Below, piece by piece: positions 26,727 to 41,053 of a stretch of DNA of 64,000 nucleotides. The number at the start of each line of letters is the position of its first letter. Position 1 is the first letter of the stretch. Where the stretch lies: the NCBI GenBank assembly GCA_964016885.1, contig OZ024741.1, positions 346,890,001-346,954,000 of the forward strand, written 5' to 3'. The notes beneath the pieces are model-generated. The model was not told the origin of the DNA. It did no database searches and saw nothing but the letters and a program-made list of their open reading frames with translations. The position numbers and the translations under genes are program-made. Source of the stretch: Eledone cirrhosa (lineage: Eukaryota).

Positions 26727-27832
26727 CTTGTTATATATTTAAGATATTTGCAATTTTAATGATCAGTACGACAGCCTGAATAACAACATGTTGGTGGGGC
26801 CTAACGTGTATAAGCCAAAGCTTCACACAATATCCATGAGGCATTTTGTGGGGAGGTGTATTTAACGGGTTTATATATAAATGTATATCTAGATAATTTA
26901 CGTCCATGTTACATAAAACATATTTCATACTCAGTTTTGAATAAAGTCATTCTTGCCTGTTTTTATTCTATATCAATCTTCCATAAGCATGTCTCAATTC
27001 CATGCGTTACCTCATTCTTAAAACAATATATATAGAGGGTGTTATGTGTGATTATATTCCCACTTCAACAAACTTTCTAAATATATTTTTATATGAGAAA
27101 TTAATCCCATATTGCATGAGATTCTCAGTGTATTTCATCATAAAAATAGAATAAAATATATGTCCATTCCACTTAGATGTACATTAATTAACTACAGGAT
27201 GTCTTTATTGATAAAGATTCTGTGATTTATTTTACATATTACGTGAAATCTTATTTAATTATTTTTCCATATGCGCAAAAGTGTATTATCATAACATTAT
27301 GGTGAATTTTAAATGGAAGCATTATTTTCCCTATTTTCATATTAAGATTTGTTAAAACTCTAAGCTGCCATTTCAAAATATCGTATCAGTATTATATTAG
27401 AGGTGATATATAATTGGCAAATAAATTATTTTTAGCAAAGAACGTTCTTTCATATATTAAGCTAATGCGTAATAAAATATCCATTCAAACCTTTTGTTTT
27501 CATTTGAGTCTGTTTGTGTGTATTTTAATGGTGCCAATTCATTAATCTTTATCTCTTCGTCAATTTAATTCGACATTGTTATCTGAAATTATATTCTTTT
27601 ATTATTTTTTCATTTTAGCACTATGTTGTCTATTGTTAATAATACGTGACGTTTCAAATACTACACGCTTATGGGAAACAATGACAAATTTGAAAGCTAC
27701 CACTAGCTCCAAGCATTTTTTATGTTTGAACAGCATTGTTTTATACAATAGATTCTAATATTGGGTACTTGTTTCAAATTAACTAATGCAGGCTAGTAAC
27801 TAACGCATATTTGATAAATGCGTCTCACAAAC

Positions 27833-27910
27833 AGATGATACCGGGATCGATCCCTGACCCATAGCGCATTGTACATGTGTCGAGTACTGTAGCCACAGAT
27901 TGAGATGCCC
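27833..27910 (-). mobile_element. Degenerate tRNA-like or SINE head
   Basis: B-box-like CAGGGATCGATCCCGG on the minus strand at tRNA-like spacing. Confidence 0.3.
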
Positions 27911-27954
27911 AGTGAATGGAAGCAAGGAAACTGTATCTGTGAATAAAAACCCTG

Positions 27955-28019
<65 letters not shown>

Positions 28020-28599
28020 CAATATCGGAGAAAGCATTTTAGCGATACTCCGGCCAAATTCCAACTCACTCAACAAACATTAGGAAATAAGCGATTATAT
28101 TCCCAATTATGCGTTCGGAGTGCTAACTAAAAGTATTGCGTGGAAAATTGGCTGTATTATTTTATATGAGACATATCTAATATATTTCTTCCCAGGCGGA
28201 CGTCTCGTTTCATTATAGGATTCCTACAATTTGGGTGAAATTATACCAATTTATGTAGGAGCTTGTATATCATCAATAGATATATATTCAAGTGGGCTCC
28301 TATAATTCATCAGTGGGTGCCCCAATAATACTAATATTGATAATCTAACCAACATCAGTATTTAGCGATAATCATCATCCTCTGTGCCTGAGGTATCTGT
28401 CAGGTTGCCAGTCCAGCAGTTTTAAAGAAGTGCTCAAACTGATTCAAAAAATGCGGAAGTAAATTACCGCCAAAAAAACAATACATGCGCATGACAATGA
28501 ATTCTGAAAGGAATTCAGGCCACGTGGTAAGAACTCAATTGGAAATTAAAAAAATATCTATGTGTGTACAACATATATATATAGATATATATAATAATA

Positions 28600-29040
28600 A
28601 AACTATTAATAGTTATGTATATAGTATAAGCAACTATAAACAGGAAGGTCAGTAATTTCTTATTACCTTATTACCAGTAAGTGGAATAGCTCAATGTATG
28701 AACATCAGTTGTTTTACAGAGCTGGAAAATAAATAAATTCTATATATATATATATAAATAAAATTAGTCCATCATCAGTGATCTTCCGACCATCATTGGT
28801 ATTTCATCGCTTTAAAGACCATATACCTCTGGTTGGTGCGAGCAACGGCTAAAAAAAGTCGTTGGGACACGTAAATAAAGGGGACACGAGAGTGTAAACA
28901 AACCAAGATGGTGAAGCAACGAAAAGTGAGGAAGAAGGAGTCAAGTCCCAAATTTCCATGAATATAAGTTCGGTGAAATCGTGAACGAGAGAGAATAAAG
29001 ACCATCATACCTTGTTGGAATGTGAGCAAGGAAGGAATTC
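28600..29040 (-). mobile_element. Penelope pLTR-related fragments
   Basis: ~28650-28725 resembles the pLTR at ~43290-43365; 28757-29030 resembles 50855-51130. Confidence 0.55.
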
Positions 29041-29246
29041 CGTAAAGGTCTAACGGGAGGAAGAAGGAATCTAGTCTGTGAATAGATAGGCAGATAGTTA
29101 GATAGATAGGGCGTTGGCCACGGTGATTCTTGAATAGCTACCGCTTCCTACATGTTTAATCCTGTAAACATACCGTGTGTCTTTACGAAATTTCTATACG
29201 TATTTGAATACAGCTATGCTTGAAGATAAATCCTATTTCTATACTA

Positions 29247-29320
<74 letters not shown>

Positions 29321-29399
29321 GTGGAATTATAATATACAGTTACAAACTCACAATAAATATCCTATGATCAAGGGAGCGAAATTGAGAGAGACTGTGCTC

Positions 29400-30358
29400 A
29401 TTATAAATCATAAGAATGAGAGAAGGCCCATCATAAATTATGTCAGATAATTGGGGATAAAATTCTACCCCGGTAGAGCACAAACTACGGATAGCGATGT
29501 AAATACAAATTAATAAAATAATTGTTTCTACTTTAGGCACAAGGCCAGCAATTACCCAGTGCATTACTGTTACTTTATTTTAACGAATCCGTAAGGATGA
29601 AAGGCAAAGTTAACCTCGGCGGGATTCGAACTCATAATGGCAAGGGCCGTAACTCTGTGTTATACATAATAAAATAATGAAAGTCTACATACCTCCACTA
29701 TAACGATACACACCCATGTTTGTTTGAACGATGTTTGCATGTTTGTTTGAACGATGTTACTATCTGTCTCTCTCTTTAGTATGTGAGACTCACAAAAAGC
29801 AGGTACACTTGTTGCAAAGCCCCTTCGTGTATTATGATTCTTCGTATTCTTTATAGCGCAACATAATATATATATATATAAGAGAGTATTGAAGTTTACT
29901 TGAAGCATTGTGGAATAATACATTTTTTGCGGGTCCTTTTGGAAGACTCAACAATGCATATAAATATATGGGATAACAAATTATCGTTATAGGTAATCCA
30001 GTTAGAGGTTGTGAATACTCCGTATTGTGGATAGTTGTAGGGTACGGCGTTGTTTGACTCAAGTAGGTAGCTAGTTTGTGAGTTCTCGGGAATTCCTATG
30101 CAAGTTTTTCTTGGAGTAATAATAGTGAAAGAGTGAAGAATACCATGGTCAATAATACAAAAAGGGTTTTATTTACAGTATTAACAATTGTTTCATTGAT
30201 TAAGTTGTCTAAAAATTGCTAATCACTTGAAATTGTGTCACTCAATTTTAAATACAATGTATGGTTAACCAAATCATCAGAAAAACTGAAACAATTGTTA
30301 ATATGGTAAATAAAACCCTTTTTGTACTGTTGGCCATGTTATACTTCACACTTTCACA

Positions 30359-30429
<71 letters not shown>

Positions 30430-30618
30430 GTATATATTCAGCCAATATATGTATATATAGCGCATATCTTATGTCCAGGTGTATATCGTTATAGTGGATG
30501 ATTTTATGAATTTGTATATACCGCTCCATCCTTAGTTTTTATGTGCTTTACCAGGGTAAATTTTTATCCCCTAGTATCTAACATAATTTATTATGTGCCT
30601 TCTCTCATTGTTATGAAT

Positions 30619-30625
<7 letters not shown>
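29400..30625. repeat. Diverged inverted repeats (29400-29519 / 30502-30625) enclosing a partial SINE and an inner inverted repeat (30125-30197 / 30287-30358)
   Basis: Manual reverse-complement alignment. Confidence 0.65.
29518..29660 (-). mobile_element. SINE, partial
   Basis: Family match. Confidence 0.8.
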
Positions 30626-30660
<35 letters not shown>

Positions 30661-30689
30661 TATGAGCATAATGATAATGATTATATCAG

Positions 30690-31467
30690 CACAAGTCAGT
30701 GTCTGCCAACAAAAAATTACCAAGCCAACATAATAAAAAATGGATGCAGCCCATTATGCCGTGTATGCAAAAAACAACCAGACACCATTGACCATATAAT
30801 TTCAATGTGCAGTCCTATAGCTCCAACCGAATACCTAAACAGGCATGAAAGAGCTGCACAATACATACATTGGATAATGTGTAAGCATTTTGACCTGCCC
30901 CATCAAAAGAATTGGTGGGAGCATCAACCACCTCCCATACTTGAAAAAGATGACATCTCAAACTTGTGGAACTTTAGCATCCAAACAGACCGAAAAATAG
31001 ATGCAAATAGACCTGATATAATATTGAAGGACTTTCAAAAGAGGGTATGCTTGCTAATTGATATGTCTGTTCCTATAGAAAAGAATGTATCTATAAAAAC
31101 ATTTGAAAAATTGAGCAAGTATAAGGACCTGGAGATAGAAATTGGAAAAATGTAGAAATTGAGAACTAAAACAATACCAGTGGTTGTAGGCGCTCTGGGA
31201 ATGATACCTAAGGGGTCTAATGATTACTTATCGCAAATCCCAGGAAACCCGCGTATAGGAGAAATACAAAAGATAGTACTAATGGGAACTGCCCATATAC
31301 TAAGGAAGATTCTGTCAATATAAGTACATCACAAGTCTAAACACTAAAGATGCATGTGTGTATATGTATGTTCTTTCTTGAAAATGGCGGACCTTGTTGT
31401 CTCTTGAGGTCACTGGTTGTGACTTGGTGATAACTCGTATGAACATAAAGCAAGATAAATGCAACTG
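30690..31467 (+). mobile_element. R4/Dong-like LINE 3' end (CCHC knuckle and restriction-like endonuclease)
   Basis: CRVCKKQPDTIDHIISMC, RHE, NRPDII..LLIDMSVP, EKLSKYKDL; flanked by (TAA)n. Confidence 0.88.
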
Positions 31468-31489
31468 TAATAATAATAATAATAATAAT

Positions 31490-31870
31490 AATAATTGTTT
31501 CTACTTTGGCACAAGGCCAGAAATTACCCAGTCATTACTGGTACTTTATTTTATCGATCCCGTAAGGATGAAAGGCAAAGTTAACCTCGGCAATACTAGG
31601 AATGATACCTAAGGGGTCTAATGATTACTTATCGCAAATCGAAGGAAATCCGCGTATAGGAGAAATACAAAAGATAGTACTAATGGGAACTGCCCATATA
31701 CTAAGGAAGATTCTGTCAATATAAGTACATCACAAATCTAAATAACTAAAGATGCATGTGTGTTTATGTATGATCTTTCTTGAACATGGCGGACCTTGTG
31801 GTCTCTTGAGGTCACTGGTTGTGACTTGGTGATAACTCGTATGAACATAAAACAAGATAAATGCAACTGC
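31490..31870. repeat. Partial SINE (minus) followed by a duplicate of the LINE 3' end
   Basis: 31598-31869 duplicates 31198-31468. Confidence 0.85.
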
Positions 31871-31944
31871 AATGATAATAATAAGAATAATAATAATGTA
31901 CTTGTTGACACTGTCCGTATTTTCAGCAATGTTATTTGTATGCA

Positions 31945-33346
31945 ATTTTGTATTAGTAAGTGTGGAGTCTAAGTGATGAAGAGGGGTAAATTGAGCAGAA
32001 GCACGGAATCCACGTACCAACATGTGAGTTGATAAAGGAAATTGACACTGAAGAAGGATACAAATATTTAGGTGTTCTGGAGGCAGATGACATCAAGGAC
32101 AAAATTATGAAGGAATTGATAAGATATGAGTACATTAGGATCGTATTAAAACCACATCTAAATAGTAGGAATGTCATAAGTGCAGTGAATTCCTGAGCTG
32201 TGTCTATGATTAGGTACAGTGCGGGAATTCTGAAATGGAACGTTGCTGAACAAAATGAAATGGATAGGAAGACTAGGAAGCTATTGACTATCTACAATAT
32301 GTTTCACAAGAGAAGTGGTGTCGATAGACTCTACTTAAAGAGATATGAAGGTGGAAGAGGTCTTATCAGCATAGAGGACTGTGTTCAGATGGAGAAAACA
32401 ACCTGCACAAATACGTGACTGACAGTAGGGATCAAATGCTCAGAATTTTACTGAAGGATAGGACAATAGACGAGGGGATGTCCAAGGAGGAAATAACAAG
32501 GAGGAAAACCAACCTTCATGAACAATCCCTTCATAGGACCTTCTTTAAGAAAACTGATTTTAGATATACATAGACATGGAACTGGTTAAAAAGAGGAGAC
32601 CTTAAAAAGGCTACAGAAGGAATGCTAATGGCTGCGCAAGAGCAGGCCATCAGAACAAAGTGTGTGAAACATCATATATACAAGGAGGTGGCAAGCCCAC
32701 TGTGTAGGATATGTGGAGAGAGAGAGGAGACTGTGGCTCACATTGTATCCGAGTGTAAACACCTAGCCCAGACTCACTATAAAGGCTGGAGATTTGATGT
32801 GATAGGCAGGGTGATCCACTGGCACCTATGCAAAGTAAACAATTTACCACATTCTGAGAAGTGGTATGAGCATAAGCCAGAGTCGGTGATAAAAAACTAT
32901 CAGGTGAAGGTGCTGTGGGATTTTAGGATACAGACGGACAAGAAACTGGAACACAATAGGCCTGGCATGGTGGTTTTGGACAAGGAAAAAAGATCGTGCC
33001 TGATTGTAAATATGGCCTGCCCATTTGACACAAGAGTGCAAGAAAAGGAGAGGGACAAAATTAACCGATACCAGGACTTAAAGTGGGAGGTAAAAAGGAT
33101 TTGGAATTGCCATGAAGTCAAGGTAGTCCCGATTGTCATAGGCGCACTAGGTACTCTCTCAAGGAGATTCCAGGGATGGTTAAAGAGGATTAGTCCAGTC
33201 CCGCCTTTTGGAACACTTCAAAAGGCATGATTGCTGGGAACAGAAAGAACTCTACGATACGTCCTGGTAATCTGAGGCTGCAGGTAGCGGCTTGTTATTC
33301 ATTTCAACAAACTTTCCAGTTAAATAACATCAATGACTGAGACTCA
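31945..33346 (+). mobile_element. R4/Dong-like LINE 3' portion (RT end, CCHC, RLE)
   Basis: YKYLGVLEAD, RLYLKRYEGGRGL, LMAAQEQAIRT, CRICGEREETVAHIVSEC, HNRP, PIVIGALG; frameshifts and stops. Confidence 0.9.
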
Positions 33347-33347
33347 A

Positions 33348-33541
33348 ATAATAATTGTTTCTACTTTAGGCACAAGGCCAGCAATTAACCAGTACATTAC
33401 TGGTACTTTATTTTATCGACCCCGTAAGGATAAACGGCAAAGTTAACCTCGGCGGGATTTGAACTCAGACTGTAAAGGGACGTAACTATGCTAGAAAGCA
33501 TGGCGTCCAACCCTCTACCAATACTGCCAATTCACCACCCT
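33348..33541 (-). mobile_element. SINE with target-site duplication
   Basis: Family match; CTCAAATAATAAT on both sides. Confidence 0.87.
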
Positions 33542-33769
33542 CAAATAATAATAATAATAATAGTAATAATAATGGTTACTTTATTGGCCACAAGGGCTAA
33601 CATGAAGAAAAACGTTAGAAACGGCAGAGAATAGTACAGGACGATACAAAGTCGGTTTTTGTCGTGTAAACAGGTTATAACAAAATCGGGCTGGAAATCA
33701 AAAATATTTAAACAACAAAAATTCCCCCAAAAAGGGAAAACCTTCGAGGGTCGCTCGTGGCGAAAACCA

Positions 33770-36700
33770 TACAAAAAGACAACGGCCACTCTGACCAGCC
33801 GGTCAAGCGCCCTCTCTCAATTTCTCCCACTCCTCAGTCAACAGGCACATTCTCAGAGCGGGCCCGTTCACTCTGACCAGACGCGCCACTTTCACCCTCC
33901 TTTCTACAAACTTACAAGAAGATAGCACTTGCCTCTCCACCTTGATTTTCTTCTTCAAGTGAAACATGAAAGATTAATCAGGGATTTACCGAAGAGGAAA
34001 GTGTCCGTCTTCAATCCTTTCGACCTCGTCCACCACACAATCTCTTTCGCCATGGCCACCAGGCAGATGAAAACTGCCTGCCTTTTCTCCTCTTTAAAGG
34101 AGGATAGCTAGGCTATCTGCACAATGGACTCAGTCGATAAGCGGATCCGTGCTACACGCGACAGCAGCTGTTCGACATAGCTCAACAAGTCAGCAATCCT
34201 CGGGCACTGAACGAGTGCGTGCAGGATGGTTTTGTTGCCCTGCGCACATCTCGCACATGCTCGGCTGGCAACACCTCCGTGCCTGTAGAGCTTATCCCGA
34301 ACCGGCAACGCTCCCCGGTAGCACTGCCAGGCCAGGGATTTCTGGAAGTAGTCCATAAGCCTCGCCTGAAAGTTCTCTTGGAGAGAGCAAACAGCTGCTC
34401 GTCTTCGACGTCCAGGGTCTCCTCGAGAACGTCGTCGCTCTTTCCCTCCGTTAGCCCTCTATAGAACGCTGAGGTGGATGTTCCACCGATACTAGTGCCC
34501 AGCTGGTAGAGGGCAGTGAGCGATTGGAGACATTCCAGCTTCCAATCGCTTTCTCTCGGTGTTTTCCTGGTCCAGACTAGTTAGGGAAGAGCGCGTCTGG
34601 CAAACGGCGAACACACCTGTTTACCGTCAAGCAAGCACCAGTGATGTCGCAGCCTCAGCGCATGTTTGCACATCATCAGCCACAGCATGCCTAGTCCTCC
34701 ACGCAACGGGTGTTGGCAGCAAATGGATCGTCTGAGCATGGGAGCACGGCCCTTCCACAACACGCAGAAAAGAAGGCCCTCCATTTTTTCCAGAGTTGGG
34801 CAGGAGCAAGGTACGATGGTCAATGCGGTAGCAGATGACGGACGCGATGTACGGATTCGCCATCTCTGCCCGATCTTTCAGAGACAGCCTCCTCTCGGCC
34901 CATTTCTGGGTGAGCTAAGCCACCCTGCTCGTCACCTCACTCCAGTTTTTCTCCAAGCAATTTAACAGATCCTTCCGTCCAGTGCCCCACGACGCTGTCG
35001 GACGGCATGTCCTTGCCTCTCCAGGTGCTGAGTTGCAAGCCCACCGACTTTTCCTGTTTTATCTTTGCTCCTGTCACCGCTTCTTATTCCTTGAGAGCGG
35101 TGCCGAGCATCTGGACGTGTTTGCTGCTGGACACCACCACGGATCTCGCACATCCCAGTTCGCTTGGGACCCCCCCCCCCCATCGTCTTCAATCTGTGCA
35201 GTAACGGCTCGAGGGCCAGTACGTACAAGAGGAACGAGAGGGGGCAACCCTGGCGGACCGAATGCATGACTCTGAAAGGCTGCGACATGTGACCATTCAC
35301 CATCACAGTTGAGCAGATGTCGCTCTCAATCGCAGTGATCGAGCCCCTAAAAACGGTCCCGAACCCCGCCGCCTCGAGTAACGCAGCCAGGTACCGATAG
35401 TCGACCCTATCACATGCTTTAGATTGATCCAAGTTGATCAGGGCCCCACCCGTGCCAGTTTTCTTAACCAACCTCTCTATGATGTATCGCAGGAGATGGA
35501 GGTTGTCGTGGATGGATCTGTCCAGAATGGCGCATGTCTGCGCCTCTCCCACCAGATCAGCGACGACAAGGGCCAATCCTATTGGTAACAACTTGGCCAA
35601 AATCTTAAACTCTGCGTTTAGAAGAGTTATGGGCCAGAAGTTGTCTATAACGTCCCCCTTGTTCGGGTCTTTTCTCAACAGCGCCACCGATCCTCGGCTC
35701 ACAAAACAGGGAATGCTCCTGATCTGCTGCCAGTTGCAGTAGACATCTGCCATGATGTCGCCGAACAAGTCTGGCATATACGCATAAAGCTCTACGAGCT
35801 TTATGCGTATATGCCAGACTATGCGTAAAAGCTTGGCGATTTACCCCTCGTGCAGTCAGACATCGCTTCCCGTATTTCACCTGCTGTTATCGTCTTTTCG
35901 CAGTACTGCGCTGCGGTCGTCGAGGGCCGCGGCGAGATATGCACCGAAGTCCATACTCCGATCCGGTCAGCTGCCGCTCCCGAACAATTGAGCCAAATGC
36001 TGTTGAAAAGCCGCACACATCTGAGCGGGTTCGTGCCCCGTTTTGATCAGGCAAAGACCGAATTGTGGACTTCTCGCCACGTCGTGCCTCCACCACCCGG
36101 GCCCATTGAACGGCTTTCGTCCCCTCGTGTCTTAGAGCACGCGCTTTAGCACTGACAACGCAGCCTTCATGCTTTGCATTGAAGAATTGGTCGAGTGCCT
36201 ATCTCGCCGCAAGTACGATGCCTGTCCTAAACGCCTCATCTAGCTTTCTAACTAACTCTCCCTCTACTCTATTTTCCTTTATCACTAAACCTTTCCTAAA
36301 CCTTATCGATTCTACTCTAATAGCCCTTTTCAGGGTAAACCAACACTTGGTGTTGACGATCGCAACCGTCAACGCATGCTTAACTATTTCGCTAATCCGG
36401 TCTCTGTAACCTTTGCCCGCCAGGAACGACGAGTTCAGCTTCCTGTAGCCGGACCCTTGACCATGGAGTCTATCTAAGTCAACTTCATAGATCACACATT
36501 TGTGATCCGTGTAGTCGACTACTTTAAGTTGTGGACAACCTAAATTTGTTTCCCTACGTAATACCCTATCTAAATACGATCTGGATGACCCGATGCGGTT
36601 TGCCCATGTCCACATTGGCACATTCGCATAATCCAGTCTATACCTGTCAGACAGTTCAAAACGTCTGAGCAGGTTGTTGAGGCTTTTACACCCTCCTGCC

Positions 36701-37164
36701 CTGTCTACTAGCCCCACGTAATACCAGCGTGCATCTACGATCCCGTTCCAGTCGCCCATTAACACTAAAGAGCGGGACGTTCCAAGAATGTCTCTAGACG
36801 TCTGAAGAAATCTGGCCGTCCTGCCTCTCTTGAGGCGTAGACAACTACTAGCCTGAAAGCATTGCCTTCGCTGCCGGTCACGTCCAGCACCACCACCGAC
36901 TTACCTTCTGTGTCCAGAAATATTACCCGTATGGCGAGATCCAAGCCTCTCCGAAAAAGCACAACAACTCCTCCCGCCGATCCTGGACGGCTGGGAGAAG
37001 CGTATACATCGTAGCCGACGAAGATCGGTGCGAAGGCTCGTGCATCGGAGATTCTGGTTTTCCACATCTATGTTTCGTGAGCTGAGGTCATTGAGCAGGT
37101 GACCGTGCTTCCAAAATGACCCCAGGACACGTACATTTATACTGCCTATTCTAAGTAAGGCCAT
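33770..37164 (-). pseudogene. LINE ORF2: APE endonuclease, RT and C-terminal zinc finger
   Basis: GSINV, GDWN, SYLDRV, TDH; WPITLLNAEFKILAK, LDQSKACDRV, VRQGCPLS; CARC..HALVQC; multiple frameshifts. Confidence 0.9.
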
Positions 37165-37199
37165 GTTGGATGAGAAACGGTGTAAGTGAGAAAGGATCA

Positions 37200-38770
37200 C
37201 TTACCTTGATCGTGTGGAGAAGGGACAGTAGAACCGTCCCTTTGGCTGGTCATGGGGGTTTCCAAGATGATGTCGGTGTATATCCACTTGGTAACCGACC
37301 ATCTGAAGTCTCCAACTGCGTTGGGGAATTTTTCTTTTAAGAGTTTGTAATGTTCTATTTTAATTTCAATGATTTTTATATATTTCAGGTGAGTTCTTGG
37401 TGTTGGTGGGATGTAGTTATTTTTTTTTGTGACGTCTGTGTGCTGCTTTATATGTTGTAAGAGTTCTTTATTTGCCATGTTTATGGCTGTGTACTTTTTT
37501 GGGGGAGGGGTGGTTTTGTTGCTCTTTTTGTTGTTGCTGTTGGGTGTGTGTGCTTTGTTGTGTTTGTGATGTTGGTGTTTTTGGTGATGCTGGTGGTGGT
37601 GTGGTTGTTGTTAGTGGTGATGCTTGTGACGGTGATGGTAGTGGTGTTGCTGCAAGTCTCCTTGCAGCCTTTACCCTTCTTTGTTTGCCTTCGGTTTAGG
37701 GCGAAGCTAAGGGTTTTTCGTTGTTTTGTTTTTTGTGGCAGACCGTTTGCAACTTCCATCCCGCCTCATACTCTATGTCGAATTCCGTGGCGTCTGGGAT
37801 GGGTATCAGCTCCACTGATGTTGGTGGTGGCACTGAAGCCCGCTCCGGCGATTTTGCCGCCGGTGTAGCTACTGCTGCTTGTTGCCTGCCCTGCTCTTGG
37901 TAGATGCGGACCAGGCGTCGGAAGGAGGGGGCCCTGTTTTTGGATGTCTTCTGCGGGCAGAAGGCCCTGAGGTGACCCTTCTGCCCACAGATATAGCACT
38001 TTGGGCGCCTTCCTTCCACGCTTATAGGGAGGTGGAGTCCTTCCTCGAGGTCTATGATATCTGGGATGGCATCGATGCACTCTTGGTCAGTTTGTATTAG
38101 CATTTTCATGTCTATTCCTGACCAGCGCTCTCCTCCCATTCTCTGTATTTGCAGTATGGTGGTCTTCTCCTCGATTCCAGCAAGTATAGACACGGCCAGC
38201 CAAGGTATGAGCACGTCGGGCGGAACCTGGATCACTTTGACCCTCACAATTTTCTGCCCGCATTAGGAGGGCACCAAGACTATCTCCTCACTCTTTAGGG
38301 TTTCCAAAGAGTGAGACTTCGCTTCTTGGGGTGGAGGGGCGAAATGTACTTCTACTGTAGCGTACGTTTTGCCTCAGGTCATGTGGGTTTTGCGCGTCCA
38401 GACACACACCAAGGATTTTTGGAGTTGAACCTCCGTCGCTGTCTCCACTCGAAGTGACATTTTGCTTACGATGCGGTAAGTCACCGTGCGCAGCTGCTGG
38501 TCTTTGAAGAAATCGGGTGGAGGTGTCACGGAAACTCTATTGTGATTTCTTTTCTCAATGGCTTTTGCGACTGCCATCTTCTCCTCCGTGACTAGCGCTG
38601 TCTCTATATTTCGGGCCCTTTTTTAGCGGCACCATTGATGCTTCCGCTACTGCTGCTACTGGTCTTACTGTTGGTAGTGTTGCTGTTGCTACTGCTAAAA
38701 ACGGTGTTGTTGGTGTTGTTGGTGTTGTTGCTGTTATCACTGTTGTAGTTGGTTGTGTTTTTGGTGGCAC
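37200..38770 (-). pseudogene. LINE ORF1 with CCHC zinc knuckle
   Basis: VEGRRPKCYICGQKGHLRAFC; Thr/Pro-rich flanks; broken into several frames. Confidence 0.82.
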
Positions 38771-39750
38771 CGTTGTTGTTGTTTTCGGTGCAATTTGTAT
38801 TGTTGCTGTTGGTGTTGTCGTTGTTTATTTTCTTGTTAGTGGTGTTAATATCGTTGTGGCATTTGTTGTCATTTTTTTCTGTTGTCTGTATTTTGGTTGT
38901 CGCTGTTTTTCTTGTATTTGGTGTGGTAATTATTTTTAATTAGTGTTCTCAGTGTTGTCTTTGTTCACGTTGTTTGTGGTGGTGTTTGTTGTATGAATTT
39001 CTGTAACCCTCCTCTCACTTGTACGCCGTTGTCACACGACAGCAGACATTTTGCTGGGGGGCGTGGCTCAGCCATGTTTTTTTTATTTTTAAAAGTAAAA
39101 TGTTCAAATATTTGGGCTAATAGTACCAAATAACTTACCCCTTCATAGGGCAAAGTCCAAGGGCTGATATCGATTTACACAACATGAAAAATTTAACAAC
39201 AAATAATTATAACAGGTAAATAAAGAGACTTACTGGGAGCGAGCAAAAGGACGTCTGAACAGACCAATAATAATGATAATAATAACAATAATAATAATAA
39301 TAATAAAAATAAAAAACCAATGTCGGAGATAATACTAGACCCCCACCTTTAAATTCATCCCATTAGATGTTCGTAACTATAGAACAACAGCTTTACTAAA
39401 AAAACCACACCAACTATATCCCGTGCGATATTTCTTTTTAGTTATCAAACTAGCACAATTACACATATATATATATATTAATAAACCGCTTCTTTGATCT
39501 CTAACCTAATACAATTCTAATTCTTGTAAATAGCCAAAGAAATAAATAATTTAAACACCCTAATATACTCTCGATACCCTCCTCTAAAACAATATATAAC
39601 ACTAATTAAATAGCAGACAACAATGTATATAACACCAATTACTCCAGTATATATTATATAATTTCCCATCTTGTCATAAAAATTTATAATATATATATAT
39701 ATATATACTCACACACACACATATATATATACTCACACATATATATATAT

Positions 39751-39819
<69 letters not shown>

Positions 39820-40868
39820 ATACATATATATATTATTTAAAACCCTATCTTGTTATAAAAAGAAAATTTAACACTCTCCACACAATTTGAAATGGTAAGA
39901 ATAACATTTTTTAAATATATAATTAATAACCATTAATAATATTTGATATTTTATAAATATTAATTCATCACACTACTTAATGAAAGATGACCTTCAATAA
40001 ATAATAAAATGCATTTACTACAATAATAAAACAACCTTCAATTTATCAAAAACCTTAATTACCTCCCTTTGTAATTAACTCACCCTACACAGAACTTTCT
40101 GCGTAAATTCATAAAGTAAAAAAAACTTAACGGCTTAACAGCAGCCTAATGAAGATTAATGCAACTCGCACAGAAAGCAAACCCTATTATTTTTTAATAG
40201 AAAATTTGAAGATAGGAATGAATAGTATAATATACTTATTATAACAACATGGCCTGTAATTCAGTGGAATTTACTTTTACCAAACACATATCTATAAACT
40301 ATACACATCTCAAAATTACATCTCAAAGCAAGACAATTCCATGGTTAGTACATCTGAGTTACACCCAATACAAAACATCTATATACGAACTCCAATATAA
40401 AAATCTTGAATGAAAATGGCCTATCCAATTCAATCATGTGCTTTGCATTACATCTCACATAACATATTCCTATTTTATCACCACATGTCTCCCTACCATA
40501 TAGCACGCCAATTTAGGTAATTTAAACATTTCTAACATCTCTATCATGGTTTTACATTCTACACAAAATATGCTTATTTCAGCTGTAATATGACTCTTTC
40601 CACATAAATGCCCTATTGGTTGTATTGACTCTTGCATTATAAACCCTTAACATTACCGGATCTCCAATGCTATGATATCTTATGTCTAACCTACCTTACA
40701 TTTTTTTCTTGCTTGTATCTTTTTGCTTGTACCTACTGCACTTTTCACCATTTGCGAGAATCTGAGGCCGAGAATCATTCGGTTTCCTAGTTAGAATTTT
40801 AGTCTACCACTTCAGTTATACCATTTACGTGGTTTTGTCTTTGCGTGCAATTGTTCTCACCGCTCCAC

Positions 40869-41053
40869 ATAATTGTTTCTACTTTAGGCACAAGGCCAGC
40901 AATTAGCCAGTGCATTACTGGTACTTTATTTTATTGACCCCGTAAGGATCAAAGGCAAAGACAACCTCGGCGGGATTTGAACTCAGATCGTAAAGGGACG
41001 TAACTATGCTGGAAAGCATGGCGTCCGACCCTCGACCGATACTGCCAATCCAC
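40869..41053 (-). mobile_element. SINE inserted in the repeat, with TSD
   Basis: TCCACATAAT duplicated at ~40865 and ~41049. Confidence 0.87.

Larger units (their letters stand above)
33572..39266 (-). mobile_element. Near full-length Tx1/L1-clade LINE, decayed
   Basis: ORF1 with zinc knuckle followed by APE-RT-Zn ORF2; GC-richer than flanks; (TAA)n on both sides. Confidence 0.9.

Noticed and set aside
39330-40700. Possible heavily decayed Penelope ORF
   Set aside because: Composition is suggestive, but no diagnostic motif could be read
40762-40818. Possible minus-strand hammerhead CTGAAGT..GAAAC-cga..tcg-GCC
   Set aside because: Mismatches at A9 and U16.1 and poor stem I; too degenerate to call
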